From assembly GCA_000320545.1 (NCBI GenBank), contig ADNK01001335.1, forward strand, positions 13,846 through 77,845: a DNA stretch of 64,000 nt. Direction: 5' to 3'. This document shows, piece after piece, positions 51,407 through 64,000 of the stretch. Numbering within the stretch: position 1 is the first letter of the stretch; each line of letters opens with the position of its first letter. A model generated the notes under the pieces. It ran no database searches. It was not told the origin of the DNA and saw nothing but the letters and a program-made list of their open reading frames with translations. Both the position numbers and the translations under genes were made by a program. The DNA is from Bigelowiella natans CCMP2755 (taxonomy: Eukaryota > Protista > Cercozoa).

Positions 51407-53330
51407 GTGGCATCAATCGTCTCGTGAAGAAAGGAGCTAAGGAGGTAAAATAGAAAGGAGAAAACTCGTGAAAAACCAACGAGAGTGTGAGGAGCGGAAA
51501 AGTCGAAGCTAAAGTTTCAATCCAACAAAAACCATTTAGGTGTGCGTGATGAATGCACTTCAAGCAACCGTCACGATGCCTCACGCCAATCAGATATAAC
51601 CATCTTTCGTCTGAAAAGATTTTTACCAGTTTTTCCTCCTCCAAACGCACCCAAGTAAACCAAGAATATCCATCCTGATGATAAAATAAGACAATTCAAT
51701 CGACCAACACCGAGAATTTTTCGAGGCTTCCCAATCCCGCTTATCGTCAACGACGGGAAGGGAAGCATTGTATTCTCCTTCTCACAAACAAATACAAAAC
51801 ATATAGCACGAACCTTCCTCAAAACCCGTTTGACTTTCGGATACAACGGCTTCCCAGCAAATAATATGTACCTAGAGGTGCAGGCAGCCTTACTAATAGG
51901 CAACGGACGACGAACATCACAATTGGTCGAATACTTGAATGAAAAAAGGGAATTTTTTTTGCGATCTTTTTCCGATAAAGTGATCAACGTACGAGTTGGG
52001 ATGCCTCCTCGGTCTGAAAACACATCTCAATGCTTTCAGTACGGAGACACCAAGACTGCAGGCCTTGGCTCTCTCGGTTCCGCTGTCGCTAAGAAGCTCG
52101 AACAAGTGCGAAACTCCATTGAGTGTGTCCAGTTTCCTATGAACAGATAGTGAACAAATTGACATCAATCACCATATATGGAGTCTCCCGTTGCTTCACA
52201 AGCACCAAAAAAAATAAGAATTTGAAGTATTTGGTCAAGATAGCTCAGCACGAAAGGGAGAATTATTACGGCACCGTATGGCCAGCACGCAAAGCCTGAG
52301 AGCGAAATCTATGAGGTTGTTGAGGATATGTCCCTCCTTCACTGCAACCAATTTCGACCCCTCCATTGAGCCACTGCTAGTTTCCTCATCAACAGTTTCA
52401 GCATGAGAAGGGGGATCGGTTAACAATTGCTGGCTATTCGTCGCCGCAGGAAAAACCGAAACTATGTCGCGGATTACTTCGACCATAGAGCTCACAAATC
52501 CATCGGCACTGCCCTTCCACTGATTTCGAGCTGAATGAATAAGGAATAAAAAGAAAGGCATGACGCAAGAATGTTGGTACCATGTGTGAAAGCGATTGTT
52601 TAAGAAGAGAGAGCGTATATCCTAAACTTGAATGTGTTGTTCTACCATAGGGTGCTGTGTGCTCGTGCAAATTTCCCTCTAATCCGGTCAAAGCAATTTT
52701 CTTCTCGCCGAGTAACAACTCCTAATTTGGACGCATGGAGACCGGAGTCAGTATCATATCATACGCACACGCTGAATGATTAAATACCTTCGATATTTGC
52801 AGGAACTTCAACCTCCATTGGGCTTGTTGTTTTAGCGATGCAGAGAAGGCATTTCCATTTCGTACGGAGGCTTCCAGGGACGAGAAGAAGCTATCCGTCA
52901 TCCCTGCATAATGTAATATTAGAGACCTATTTATGAGAAGACATTTCTATCTAATATTGACCCGATTTAGAAGACTCGAACTGTAAAATGTCTCTGTTCG
53001 CCAATATCTACGGTTTTCTGAACCGTGGACTATTGTTGAAGCGCGATCTCTAGGTCCTACGCACAGAATGAGATATTAGGCACACACATACTCACTCACT
53101 CACTCACTCACTCACTCACCCACACTACTGCAGCACAACAGACAAAAGAAACTATCTCTTAGTAAGGGGTACAAAAGGTTCGACACCACGTGGTATCGCT
53201 GATGTGTTGTTGCTGATGCGATGCATCTAGGAAGGACCTGATGATGGGGTCCTCCTCCTCCCCTCCCTTCTTCTTGTTCTGAGGAGCAAGATCTTGCTGC
53301 TGTGCTTTCTTCTTAAGCAAGAAAAAAAAA
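38100..53330 (-). CDS. Large BEACH-domain protein (ConA-like, PH, BEACH, WD40; neurobeachin/Lvs-like), multi-exon; 5' end uncertain
   Basis: 2667-aa ORF with TAIELFF (PH), [66 protein letters not shown] and WD40 repeats. Upstream exons FVFQKGRWYSLGAVHS and VGGFHGCMSNFHVFDQCLS are ConA-like. Confidence 0.92.
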
Positions 53331-53735
53331 AGTAGAAAAACAACAAAACGCCATCCTTTTCTCAGATACGACTTCATCAAGATGCTATTTTTTAAAGTAT
53401 GGAAGCTCCCGAGTTCTTGATTGCAGGGAGCACGATCTCTTTATACTTTCTTAGATATTTTTCGGTATATTTCTTGTCAAAGACTTTACTTGCAAACCGT
53501 ATCGCGGAAGGGACGACTGACTACCCCGAACTCCACGTGCTTGTGGACCGCTTACTCTGGGGGGGCTACTCACCGAGGGCTGTGAGGGAGGGGAGGAGGA
53601 GGTAAGCGATTGAGCAATGTCAACCCGGAGTTCTAAGGCCGGGAATAAGAGCGTTTTTTCTATCCTTGATTACATTCGCTCAGGCCCACCAACCAGACGA
53701 GAGCAGCAGCATCCCCTTGGAAGCTGGCGTCGAAG

Positions 53736-55793
53736 ATGGACGCCGGCCGGCAGGTTAGCGAGGAAGACCGGATTTGCAGGGCAGCCGTGAGCTTGTTCCG
53801 AGCGGACTATTTTATGGTTGGTTTGTGCCTGTGCAGTTCACTCGGTGTTTGACTATTCTACTTGGCCAGGTCGCAGCAGGGGCAGGGTTCTCTGCCGACT
53901 CGGGTCTCCCAGTGTACCAGGACGTCGCAAGGTACATCTGATCTGATGTGATCATGCTCTCGTTCGTAGCAAAATATTTTCGATTCATGATTATGTGATT
54001 ACTCTGAGCAGGGACGCAGTATACTTGAAGATGGGAGTCGATTACCAGGAATTGGCCAATGAGCGCTGGTTTTCTGAAGATCCCGAAATAGCGATAGGAT
54101 TTTGGGGGCACTCTTTCAACCTCTACAAGGATACTGAACCACACGCGTAATGAAACAAACTAAAATCCTTGCAAGTTAGAGGCATGACCATGACTTCCTC
54201 CCTTCAAAATCTAGATCTCACCCAGTTTGACAACAGGGGTTACGCAGCTATCCGCGATTGGATTGGATTCATGTTCAGAAAGAAAGCCTTCGTGTACACA
54301 TCGAATGTCGATGGCCACTTTGCAAAATCTGGGTTCAATGAAGAACAGGTAATACAGTCAGGGAGAGATGGGCGTGTGATATATACGCAATGTTTGCACA
54401 CTTACACCTCGAAGGTATACGAAATACACGGCTCCATAGACCAGTGGCAATGCAGTGCAAAATGCTGTCAAGCGAGGCACAACGCTCCGACACGCTTCAG
54501 ATTTACTGTAAGGCCCTTGCATTTGAGCTCGAAATCCCGAGAAAATGTATTGTCTGTGTACAGATCGATGAAAAGAACAAGAGAGCTTTTGCAAAGGAAG
54601 AGCCTCAAAGCCCTTCTGGAAAAGTGTACGAAATTTGTGCATTCTAACCTACATTGTGGAAATTCAATATCTATTCCATCAGGTTTGTACAAAATCATCC
54701 CGAGTGTCCGAAGTGCTCGAGAATCCTGCGGCCGAATATTATGTTGTTCGGTGACAAAAGCTACATTCATGATTCTGTAAGTGACTAGAGCACGATTTAA
54801 TATTTTGCGAATCATCTTAAGTCGGTGTTTTATGTAGGAAGGAGAAAGACGATACGTTGATTGGGAGGAAGCAATGGAATCCTCTATGTCAAACTCGATC
54901 GACTCGAACGTCAGACTCTTTCTCTACACACAGATATATTTTGTATCCAGCTGAAAACCCACGATTTTGATCAGCTCGTGATTTTGGAGCTAGGATGTGG
55001 AGTCAAAGTTCCGACAGTGAGAATGGAAGTGGAAATGGTATTCACAACCTATAGAACGAAAATCCCTCTCGATTCTATTACCATATGCTGGAATAGGTCG
55101 CGAGAGACACGATATCGAGGATGTCAGAAGGGGTTGAGAAGAAAGCTAGGAAAGCATGGCTACTTCCAAGAGTCCAAGTATTCTTGTTTTTCTAAACCTT
55201 TTTCCTTTACAGAGTGGGATCAACAAATTATGCCAACCGTAGGTGCTACGAGTGAATCTTCAGCATGCAGAAGAAAAGGACACAGAGCAGACAGGCTTTT
55301 ATGGCGACGCTGTGAGCCATAACGCGAAGCTGGTGGGCAAAGGGGCTATAGTCGGTCTGCGCTCCAAATGCGAGCCTTTTGTACTTACTGTTGATCGGCT
55401 TCTCAAAAGGTTCGCCGAGTTTGTCGATACCATCTTACATTCATTACCGCATTTAAGAAATGTGATAATAGGCTTCGAGGGACAAAACTTCTATGCTTGC
55501 TGTTCAATCCGAACTATTTGGATGAAAACAGAGGTAATATTAATACCAAACATCAGGAGGAAATGAACCCCCCCTGCTTCAATGTAGGCCCTACTCAAAA
55601 CTGCCAGAATAAAGATGCTTTCGCCAAGCGTCTCATTCCGTTCTTGGATTCTCCAGAGGTGGGCAACATATGGACTCACTCCTATAGACGCAAGCGTGGT
55701 GAAGTGATTATGGTGCGTGGTCAGATTTGTAATTTCGGGAAAACTTGCAAGATATTGAATTGGTTTGCGAAAGTACTCATATCAAAAAGATGA
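53736..55793 (+). CDS. Sirtuin (SIR2 family NAD-dependent deacylase), multi-exon
   Basis: VAAGAGFSADSGLP, FVYTSNVDGHF, VYEIHGSIDQWQC, PECPKCSRILRPNIMLFGD, VILELGCG..VPTVR, VLRVN; 3' exons approximate. Confidence 0.88.
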
Positions 55794-55894
55794 CGCCTGG
55801 TGACACCTGGTAAATTCAGAGAAAGCATAACTACATTTAGAGAAACCATCGGTGTCGATTTAGCACTGCAAAGTCAACCATGACCTCATTCTCA

Positions 55895-55967
<73 letters not shown>

Positions 55968-57414
55968 TATGAATGTACGACAACTGCTTGATATAGACTG
56001 CGTGACTGGCGGTCGCAGATCAACAACGCAATATGCCACGAAGCGACCTTCAATGTGTGGTTACTCGTAAAATGCCTAACACTCTAGCAGCAATCAGCAG
56101 AGCAAATTCGCCGCACCAGCACCACATGCTACGCTCAGGATGCATCGAGATAATTTACAGGCAAACACATATATAAGGATGACAATTGAACAAATTCAAT
56201 TTATTCATTACATCCGTCTCACATTAGGATGACCGCTTTGAAAACATCATTTAATCCCTTCATTATTATTACACCCGCGCCTCACAAGTATCGCATCGAA
56301 AGCGTGTTCTTGCTTTGAATGTGCGACTAGAAGCCAATGCGTGCACACCGTACTACAAATGCACGCACGCGCTTATTCACAATCGATGGCCGACTTGCTC
56401 CATTTAGTCATGCGCATGATCGACAAGCATCGCGGTAGCAAGCATATAATTCCAGCAGGATTACATATTGGGGGTGTGAACACAGGATGTGTGTGTATCA
56501 CAATTAATGCTCTGAATTGAGGCCCTCGCTGGCGCAAGTAGTGCTCACAAATTGTGCAGCGTAGCTTAATGGCCTTCAAGATTTGTTTGTTGCATGCTTG
56601 TTCATTGCACACACACACACGAATGGCGTACGTGTGTGAATCTGCGATTTTAGTTCATCGATCTCAATTTACATTTCACGAGCAAGGTTGGTAGTTACGC
56701 AACAAACATATAAGTACGCAATCAATCTTTGACTACTCTACAGATCTTCTACATGTAATGGAGAATCCCTTTCTGAGTCTGATGCATGGTCTGATGACAA
56801 TACCGATGCTGGAGACTCGGAACGCTCCCCCCTACAGATAACAGACGCTTTAGATCCGAGCAGAGGGGGGATGGTTTACCATACATCACGTATGAGGATT
56901 AAATTTTATTGCACATGTTTGAGAATAACCGATAAGCAGCCTCCTCGGCGATGCTGACAAGCTGGCCACGAAAGTCATCGAGTAACCGCTGCACTAGAAG
57001 GCATCTCCAGCTGACAAACAGAACAACACATTCGTTCATGTGACACATAGTTTTCAATACAAAATGCATTGACGTACAAGCTTCCAATCGCGTTTCTGGT
57101 GCTGTTCACGCGTCTGCGAACCAGCCAAGCAGGCACTTTGTTCCTGCAAGTATACGCCATAGTTAAGGGCCTCGGATGAACGACTGGCAGGTAGATTATT
57201 CGTTGATCATGAAAATAACTCGATACCTCTTCTCTTCGTCTGTCTGCAGCTTCATAAAATCCAGAGAATTATCCGTCTGAAGTGATATTATAGCGAACAA
57301 AGGCCTCACATCCGTCCCTTGCATCAAAAGTATGAGCTACACGTTTATTACCATCTGGATTGTATCGATCGCGCTCATGAGACGAGTTGTGGTCGCCTGA
57401 CAATATATCGTTCA

Positions 57415-57457
<43 letters not shown>

Positions 57458-58495
57458 GCCTCGGTGCGACCGGTTGATTAAAATACATATATATAAAATA
57501 TATATATATATATATATATATATACTTTATAAAAATAGTCTTTGTAATATAAAAATGAGTTTGTGTTGCGTGTATCTAACTCTAATGTATAAAGACATCT
57601 CTTGTCGTGACTACCAGTATCGTTAGCCAATTTTTCGCGAAGCGCTTCTGCTTTCTATTGGGCTGTTATATTGAATGTCATCTTAAACCAAGTGTTGTTA
57701 TTGTCTTTGTCGTTGTTTAGTTGTTGCTAATAGCGCGAGCAAAACAGCAAGCAATGACTATATATCATTTGCAAAGAAGCGCGTCAATGCCTGCAATTTT
57801 CGAAAGTTTCATTCTTTGTCGGGTAAAGATAATAAATTGCACGACCACGCAATTGGGATCCATCTTCACTGCTAGCTTTGCACGCATCTCTTTTATCTCT
57901 TCTTCCCGTTTCTGAGCGAAGTGTAAAAACCATCACTACCGCCTCCGTTGGTTACAGATATTATTCACTATCGCCTCACCAAACCTGTTCGAGCTCGAGC
58001 TTCCGCATCCTCACAAGATTGCCATGCTTCGTTTTACTATTTACCATAGGAAAGACTGTAGGAGCTTGCTTTCGACAAATTTGGGCTGTCTCGTAGCAAA
58101 TGAGATCACGTACTACCTTAATCGCGACTTCTTACAGGTACTCAAATACTCCTGCCACTGCTTTCGTCCTTCGTATATAACGGCGAAAATTCAAATGAAT
58201 GTCTACCCCATTCATTCCAAACCCGTAGTTACACAACAAGAAATCGTAGGCAGCATTTGTGTCTGCATTCCTCATCACTCGCTTGTGTATTTAATGTTAT
58301 CCTTACCAACAGCTTTCTTGTTACTCCTGACATACTCTTGCCCCACACTCTTGGCTCCCATGTGGGATTCTATGGCACAACGAAAAGATGCGTTTAAGAG
58401 TCACACAATGTCATTCATTCCTTCACGCTACCCACAGACAACTAAAATGCATTTATTGCAATATTTTGATCGCTAAAATCGCTTCTATGTATCAT

Positions 58496-59800
58496 TCGTT
58501 TAGATCTGTGAGCGGCTTTTTTCTTGCGTCTTCATATCGCATTGTACCTGCTCGAGACTTGAGCTCCTTCCTAGCTTGTTCATTTTCCCTGTATTCCTGG
58601 TTGCGAAGCGAGGGTTAGGTGTAAGGTATGTCCTTGAAACGCCGTAATATTTTCAAAGTTGAGTAACCTCCAACTGCTTCATGATAAGTTTTTGTGCACT
58701 TGATTTTCCAATCAATCTAGGGTCTAGATCTGGTTTCTACAATTAGGACACAAATTGAGAATAGTCCAGAAATCGTAGTGTAAATAAAATTGATGAACGA
58801 TATAAACACCTTCGTTTTGCCCTTGCTAGAGCGAGCTTTCGGAGATTCCGGCCTGTGAAAGAGGAATATTTACAATCCTGCAATTAAATGGTCACCTGAC
58901 ACATACTGTATTGCAGTGTAGGGTAAATTGGGCTTCGGATTACCTCACTTGTTCTAGCTTAACCCCACTAGCGATTCTCGACATCTCCTTTGAAATCTCT
59001 AGAAATTCTTCTCTCTTTCGTGAAGATGAAGCCTAATGTATCACAGTCCACCTTTTAAGATCTAATCAGAAGGGTCAGGGAGACATACATGCACTCCAAC
59101 AAGAAAAACCTTCATAGTCGCTGCGGATCCTTTATTAGCAGGGACTTGTGATGCTTCCGTTGGCATTTTCAGGAGAAGATCGAACTGGTTTTCTAATAGA
59201 AGGAGGAAAGGAAGAAAGTAAAAATATTCATCAATTCTGTGACAAGATGCGATCGTAGGTCTTCTAGATGCCTGGTACCCATCTCTCTATGGCCATTTGC
59301 TAGGGCATAGCTGGTAGCCGTTGGAGGTCTCTCAGGGTCTGATTTACGCTGAGATGCTAATTCTAACCACCGACTGATAAAAACCATAATATATTATCAC
59401 GGCATTAACTTTTGTTGCGGCATCTTAGTGGAGTAGAAATCTTTCTCTTCATTCCAACATCTCAATCGGGAATTCAAAGTATCAATCGTAGAGAATTTCA
59501 AACCGGATGTCACGTTGGCTCCCTTCGAGGAATCTGAATTGCACAAATTACATACATAGCTTGAATCACCCAGGATCTCCAAGCAGCAAACGTATTTTTG
59601 TATGTAACTACTTTTGGGGGACATGAATCCTTGGAACGCGTCCAGTAGTCCGGCTTGTCCTACTAGTTCTGCTTGTCCTCGTGCTCCTGAGAGAGTGTCA
59701 TATTCCAAATTTAGGCTTGTGCCCATTTTTGAGATCTGAGAATTGTTTTTCCTATCGGAAACCTGTGCGTTCGTGACATTGTCTCTATGTGCACCCCCCC
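58496..59800 (-). CDS. Probable multi-exon hypothetical protein gene (low confidence)
   Basis: Protein-like exon fragments (FIFTKEREEFLEISKEMSRIASGVKLEQ; RPESPKARSSKGKTK; RENEQARKELKSRAGTMRYEDARKK) with GT-AG borders. Confidence 0.35.
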
Positions 59801-60304
59801 CCCCGGTAGAAGCAGTTTCTCCGAGCAGTTACTCAACGACTATCCCGTTTCAGATTTTGCTACGCTATGTACATAATTAGATAAATATTTTGAGGTTTTT
59901 TAGGGTTAAAAAATACATACATTCTTGGATATTAGTCTCAGATACTGTACACGTTTTGATGGGACCCTTTACGGATCCTAAAAATATTGATACTAAAGTA
60001 TCCTAATGAATGTGGCCAGAAATGCCATGAATAAAAGCTTAAATCATGAGAAAAAAAGCGTGTCGTCCTGAAACAAACGTCCTGCATTTTTGTTTCGACA
60101 AACAGTTTCGGCAGCGACCAACATGGTAACCGACACGAGGGGACCTGCCATTCGGCTGCATCGATACCACTCGTCGATGCTCGTAAACTACTTATCCGAG
60201 TGGAAAGAAGGTACAAATCGAAAGACTTTTGACGTATGCCTTCTGAACGTGTACTCTCTCGAAAAGGCAATAAATAATGCAGCGGGAATAAGCCTTCAAG
60301 GAAA

Positions 60305-63300
60305 ATGAACACCTCAGACGAATTGGTTCTATATCCAATCCCCCCGGAGGTGGGGCGGAGTTTCGTTCTTGTTCATCGGTCCCGTCCTGTAGAGCCGAAG
60401 ATATTGCTTCCGGGAGCATACTGTGAGCCACGTCGTGATGTTGAAGATTCTTTCCACGCTCTGTTCTCCGAGCTGAAAGAGAAAGCAAGAACATTCATCT
60501 CTTCCGAAAACGATGCCCCCGATGAAGACAAAGATGGCGAATTATTCACGACTTCTTCTGATCGCGTAGATCTGAAATTTCATTTCGAAGGATCCCCCAA
60601 CTCAGATACACCGTACTATCAGCAGGGAGATACCTCGATCGATACACCGCGCACCATGTGTGTGAGAAAGAGTTTGATCAATCACAAGGCGGTGACGAAG
60701 GTCCTAGATATGTACTATTCGACGTATTTAAAGGATGAACAGGGGAGAATATCATATGACGAGTACATAAATGTACATATAAACATGGCGAAGGCCCTGA
60801 AGGAAGGATTCGGTAATGATTTGGAAGATGGTATGCTAATTGAGGGAGCAAAGGAGGACTGGAACAAAGATATTGCTTCGCAAATGTCGGATGAGGAATT
60901 GAGGACATATCTCGAGAATCCAAATATGCAGCACTTATATTCGATGAATCGGGACACTCTCTATCATAGCCTGTTCGAAGTAGCGGACGTGTGGACGGAC
61001 GAAATCGATCCAAACAGCTACGCAAGATTTCTATTACAACTGTTTCATAGGATTACGAAAGCGAAACCACCTGTAATACATGAAGAGGAGGATGAAACGA
61101 AGGAAAAAATTAAATCTGAATTGGATGCAGATTCTGCTGAGACTTCTAAACTTGGAAATAATAATTCAAAATTCGAATGGAAGGAGGTGACAACTAAGTC
61201 GAAGAAACGAAGAACCAAAACGAGATCTCTTAGGCTAAAAAATAAAGTTAATTCTGTCATGGCGTTTGCACGCGCAACAAGGGCATTCAGGCCGTTCAAG
61301 AAAAGAGAAATTGCCGAGCCTGTGCCGTTTAAATTATCTGAGAATAAACTTCAATCTGAGATCGTAGGATACTTGAAGAGTACCATGGGACCTGATCGGG
61401 ATATAAGCTACATGGGAGCAGTCGAAGTAAAGAAATATGGATCTCCCTTTGAAAAGAAAAGTCTGTTGAAGGAAGACCAGGAAAAATCGCTCCAAAGAGA
61501 GGAGAATGTCGCCACTAAGCGAAAAATATCTTTTAGAGACAAGAACTTTGCCAGTGCAGTAATAGACGCTCTCGTCCACTCGAAGGAGGTGACTGATGAG
61601 CAAAAGAAATCACCAAATATGGGGAGAGATACATCTCTACCTTCTGACGTCAGTAGCTCTCCTCTTGCAGTGCAGAAACTCGAGAAAGTTCGACGGAGAA
61701 CTAGTCAGCGTAGAGCACACAAAAGAAGACCGCAGAGCTCGGAATCATCATCTAGAGGTGGGGATGCTTCCTCAAGCTCGACAGAGCGTTCGCGTAGTCT
61801 TAGTCGTTCAAGGAGGCTCTTGTCAATTGGAGCAAACAGACAAATTCAAAATGAGCCAGCCTTTAGTAACAGTATTCCAAGTAACCGTGAAATACATTCT
61901 CCCGTCAATTTGTCCCCAGACATCATATCTCTAAAGCACACAGTCGATGCTGAAAAGGCAAGACGCAGATCCCGTTCACCAACATCAAGATCTATCCAAT
62001 GTGATTCGATGCCTTACCCGCGGGAGCGGCTAATTCAAACCCCAGCAAAAAATACAGAAGAACGATCCCGCTCTCCTCCCTCTAGATCTATTCGCAGTGA
62101 TTCGAAAGCTCCACAGCAAAAACCTTCACCCGTCATTGCTGCTCAAATTAGTACTCCTGTAACAAATTCACAAAAGCGATCCCGTCCTACTTCCTCTACA
62201 TCCATTCTTAGTGATTCGAAAGCTTTACTGGGAGAATTTTCACTCGTTATCGCTGCTCGAATGGGCACTCATGCAAAAAATACACAAGAACGATCCCGTT
62301 CTCCTCCCTCTAGATCTATCCGCAGCGGTTCGAAAACTTCACAGCAAAAACCTTCACCTGATAATAGTGTTACACAAAAACGATCCCGCTCTCCTCCCTC
62401 TAGATCTATCCGCAGTGGTTCGAAAGCTTCACAGCAAAAACCTTCACCTGTCAATGCTGCACGAATTAGCACTCGTGCAAAAAACACACAAGAACGATCC
62501 CGTTCTCCTCCCTCTATATCTATCCGCAGTGGTTCGAAAGCTTCGCAGCAAAAACCTTCACCCGTCATTGCTGCTCAAATTAGTACTCCTGTAACATATT
62601 CACAAAAACGATCCCGTTCTCCTCCCTCTATATCTATCCGCAGTGGTTCGAAAACTTCACAGCAAAAACCTTCACCTGATAATAGTGTTACACAAAAACG
62701 ATCCCGTTCTCCTCCCTCTAGATCTTATCCGCAGTGGTTCGAAAGCTTCACAGCAAAAACCTTTCACCTGTCAATGCTGCACGAATTAGCACTCGTGCAA
62801 AAAACACACAAGAAACGATCCCGTTCTCCTCCCTCTATATCTATCCGCAGTGATTCGAAAGCTTCGCAACAAAAACCTTCACCCGTCATTGCTGCTCAAA
62901 TTGGTACTCCTTTAACAAATTCACAAAAACGATCCCGTTCTCCTCCCTCTATATCTATCAAAAATGAATCTAAACCTCATCAGCAGAAGCATCAAATTCA
63001 AAATACCGCTGAAGATACAATACGTCCCTCTTATTCGCCTTCATTGAGACGTGTTCGAGTTGAACCAGAAAATTATCAGCGGGAGCGTCAAATTGATACT
63101 GCAGTGGAAAATGCACAAAGTAAGTGCGATCTCCCAACACGAAATGCTCAGGATTCCCCCTCACGTGATGCCGGACTCGAAATATCAACTCCTTTGCTCA
63201 AGAATGCTGAAAACAAAAAGAATAGCACCATACGATTCCCAAGCTTTATGGGAAACAAGGCGGTGATGGATGGTCTTATGTCTGCAGCAAAGGAACACGT

Positions 63301-64000
63301 TCGCTTGGAAGTAAGCAGAAGCAATTTGGCTTCTGCCGCATCCACATCTATGGCCCCACTTACCGAGGAGATAGATGAGACGACCAATCGCATCTGTGGC
63401 AAAAATGGAGACCCGAAGGACGAAGATCATGAAAGTCGGTCGGAAATCGTGAGAACAAAGACTGTAAATCAAAGCAGCATCAGAAATAACCATCAAGTAG
63501 AAGCATTAGAGTCGTTCAAGCTTGAGCCAGCGCGTGCCCTCGAGAAGCCAATTCATGTAAGAAAGATCTTGCAGAATGAATGGAGTTCTTCGCGGTATCC
63601 TACGAAAAAACAAGGGAGGCTGCTGGGGCACGAGAGTCTTCAGACTAAGAACGTAAAAATGATTATAAGACAATCCAAAAAGCAGGGTATCAAACAGCCA
63701 GCAGTGCGGAAAGATAGTTTTCCTAAATCCCGCAATAGCCTATTTTTGCGTAAGTCTGGAGTTGATGTGGTTCTCCGTAAGACCTTTACAACGCCGCCTC
63801 GCAAAGTCATAAAGCATTTGAGGAAGATGAGCGCAAGTTTGATGAAATCTGCGAGGTCTCTGGAGAGGATTAGAATCAAGGTATCATGCGAGTACGTATG
63901 CGTTAAACCCCCCCCCCACCCCGTCTTGATTATGTGCTGGGTGGGGGGGGGAATTACATCATGCAGGAAGCCAGGCGGGGGCAGGCTTTCACAAGCCAGC
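60305..64000 (+). CDS. EF-hand-like domain protein with Ser/Arg/Pro-rich tandem repeats; open to the window end (absent from the ORF track, apparently because no stop is reached)
   Basis: Manual translation from ATG 60305: ...KDEQGRISYDEYINVH...AKEDWNKD...LYHSLFEVADVWTDEIDPNSYARFLLQLFHRIT..., then RSRSPPSRSIRSGSK repeats. Probable splice donor at ~63881. Confidence 0.7.
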   Translation, partial: MNTSDELVLYPIPPEVGRSFVLVHRSRPVEPKILLPGAYCEPRRDVEDSFHALFSELKEKARTFISSENDAPDEDKDGELFTTSSDRVDLKFHFEGSPNSDTPYYQQGDTSIDTPRTMCVRKSLINHKAVTKVLDMYYSTYLKDEQGRISYDEYINVHINMAKALKEGFGNDLEDGMLIEGAKEDWNKDIASQMSDEELRTYLENPNMQHLYSMNRDTLYHSLFEVADVWTDEIDPNSYARFLLQLFHRITKAKPPVIHEEEDETKEKIKSELDADSAETSKLGNNNSKFEWKEVTTKSKKRRTKTRSLRLKNKVNSVMAFARATRAFRPFKKREIAEPVPFKLSENKLQSEIVGYLKSTMGPDRDISYMGAVEVKKYGSPFEKKSLLKEDQEKSLQREENVATKRKISFRDKNFASAVIDALVHSKEVTDEQKKSPNMGRDTSLPSDVSSSPLAVQKLEKVRRRTSQRRAHKRRPQSSESSSRGGDASSSSTERSRSLSRSRRLLSIGANRQIQNEPAFSNSIPSNREIHSPVNLSPDIISLKHTVDAEKARRRSRSPTSRSIQCDSMPYPRERLIQTPAKNTEERSRSPPSRSIRSDSKAPQQKPSPVIAAQISTPVTNSQKRSRPTSSTSILSDSKALLGEFSLVIAARMGTHAKNTQERSRSPPSRSIRSGSKTSQQKPSPDNSVTQKRSRSPPSRSIRSGSKASQQKPSPVNAARISTRAKNTQERSRSPPSISIRSGSKASQQKPSPVIAAQISTPVTYSQKRSRSPPSISIRSGSKTSQQKPSPDNSVTQKRSRSPPSRSYPQWFESFTAKTFHLSMLHELALVQKTHKKRSRSPPSISIRSDSKASQQKPSPVIAAQIGTPLTNSQKRSRSPPSISIKNESKPHQQKHQIQNTAEDTIRPSYSPSLRRVRVEPENYQRERQIDTAVENAQSKCDLPTRNAQDSPSRDAGLEISTPLLKNAENKKNSTIRFPSFMGNKAVMDGLMSAAKEHVRLEVSRSNLASAASTSMAPLTEEIDETTNRICGKNGDPKDEDHESRSEIVRTKTVNQSSIRNNHQVEALESFKLEPARALEKPIHVRKILQNEWSSSRYPTKKQGRLLGHESLQTKNVKMIIRQSKKQGIKQPAVRKDSFPKSRNSLFLRKSGVDVVLRKTFTTPPRKVIKHLRKMSASLMKSARSLERIRIKVSCEYVCVKPPPHPVLIMCWVGGGITSCRKPGGGRLSQAS
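62063..62959 (+). repeat. Coding minisatellite, ~8.3 units of 90-117 bp, with a higher-order ~318-bp duplication
   Basis: Units start CGATCCCG at ~62063, 62177, 62291, 62381, 62495, 62609, 62699, 62816 and 62930; the 90+114+114 pattern is repeated. Confidence 0.9.

Noticed and set aside
56850-57400. Cys-rich RING-like relic on the minus strand
   Set aside because: Interrupted by stops and the motif spacing is unconvincing.
62063-62959. CRISPR-like array
   Set aside because: Units are in-frame coding repeats with repeated, not unique, spacers; eukaryotic context and no cas genes.

Overview
Eukaryotic nuclear DNA with many short GT-AG introns and microsatellite-rich introns. A CGLD27/Ycf36 gene with a signal-peptide plus transit-peptide-like leader suggests an alga with a secondary plastid (chlorarachniophyte-like; inference only). 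Host genes: 3' end of a SET/Rubisco-LSMT-like gene, CGLD27, a coiled-coil protein, Cns1/TTC4, a PRL/PTP4A phosphatase, an ATRX-like remodeller, a probable tyrosine kinase + dynein microtubule-binding domain + LRR fusion, a giant BEACH protein, a sirtuin, and an EF-hand-like/Ser-rich repeat protein. The main finding is an apparent repeat-targeted hypermutation system. A ~6.2 kb pogo-like DNA transposon (~17.73-23.94 kb) has lost essentially every TpA, and a second transposon-like relic (~36.4-37.95 kb) has lost most. TpA appears converted to TpG or CpA (A>G on both strands), except within CTAG. The 927-codon transposase frame has no Tyr, (TA)n-like tracts read as CA/TG mosaics, and aligned repeat copies differ by TG vs CA. 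A CTAG-saturated tract lies next to the element, while neighbouring host genes keep normal TpA and intact (TA)n. This resembles fungal RIP in logic but has the opposite base change. All counts were made by eye.
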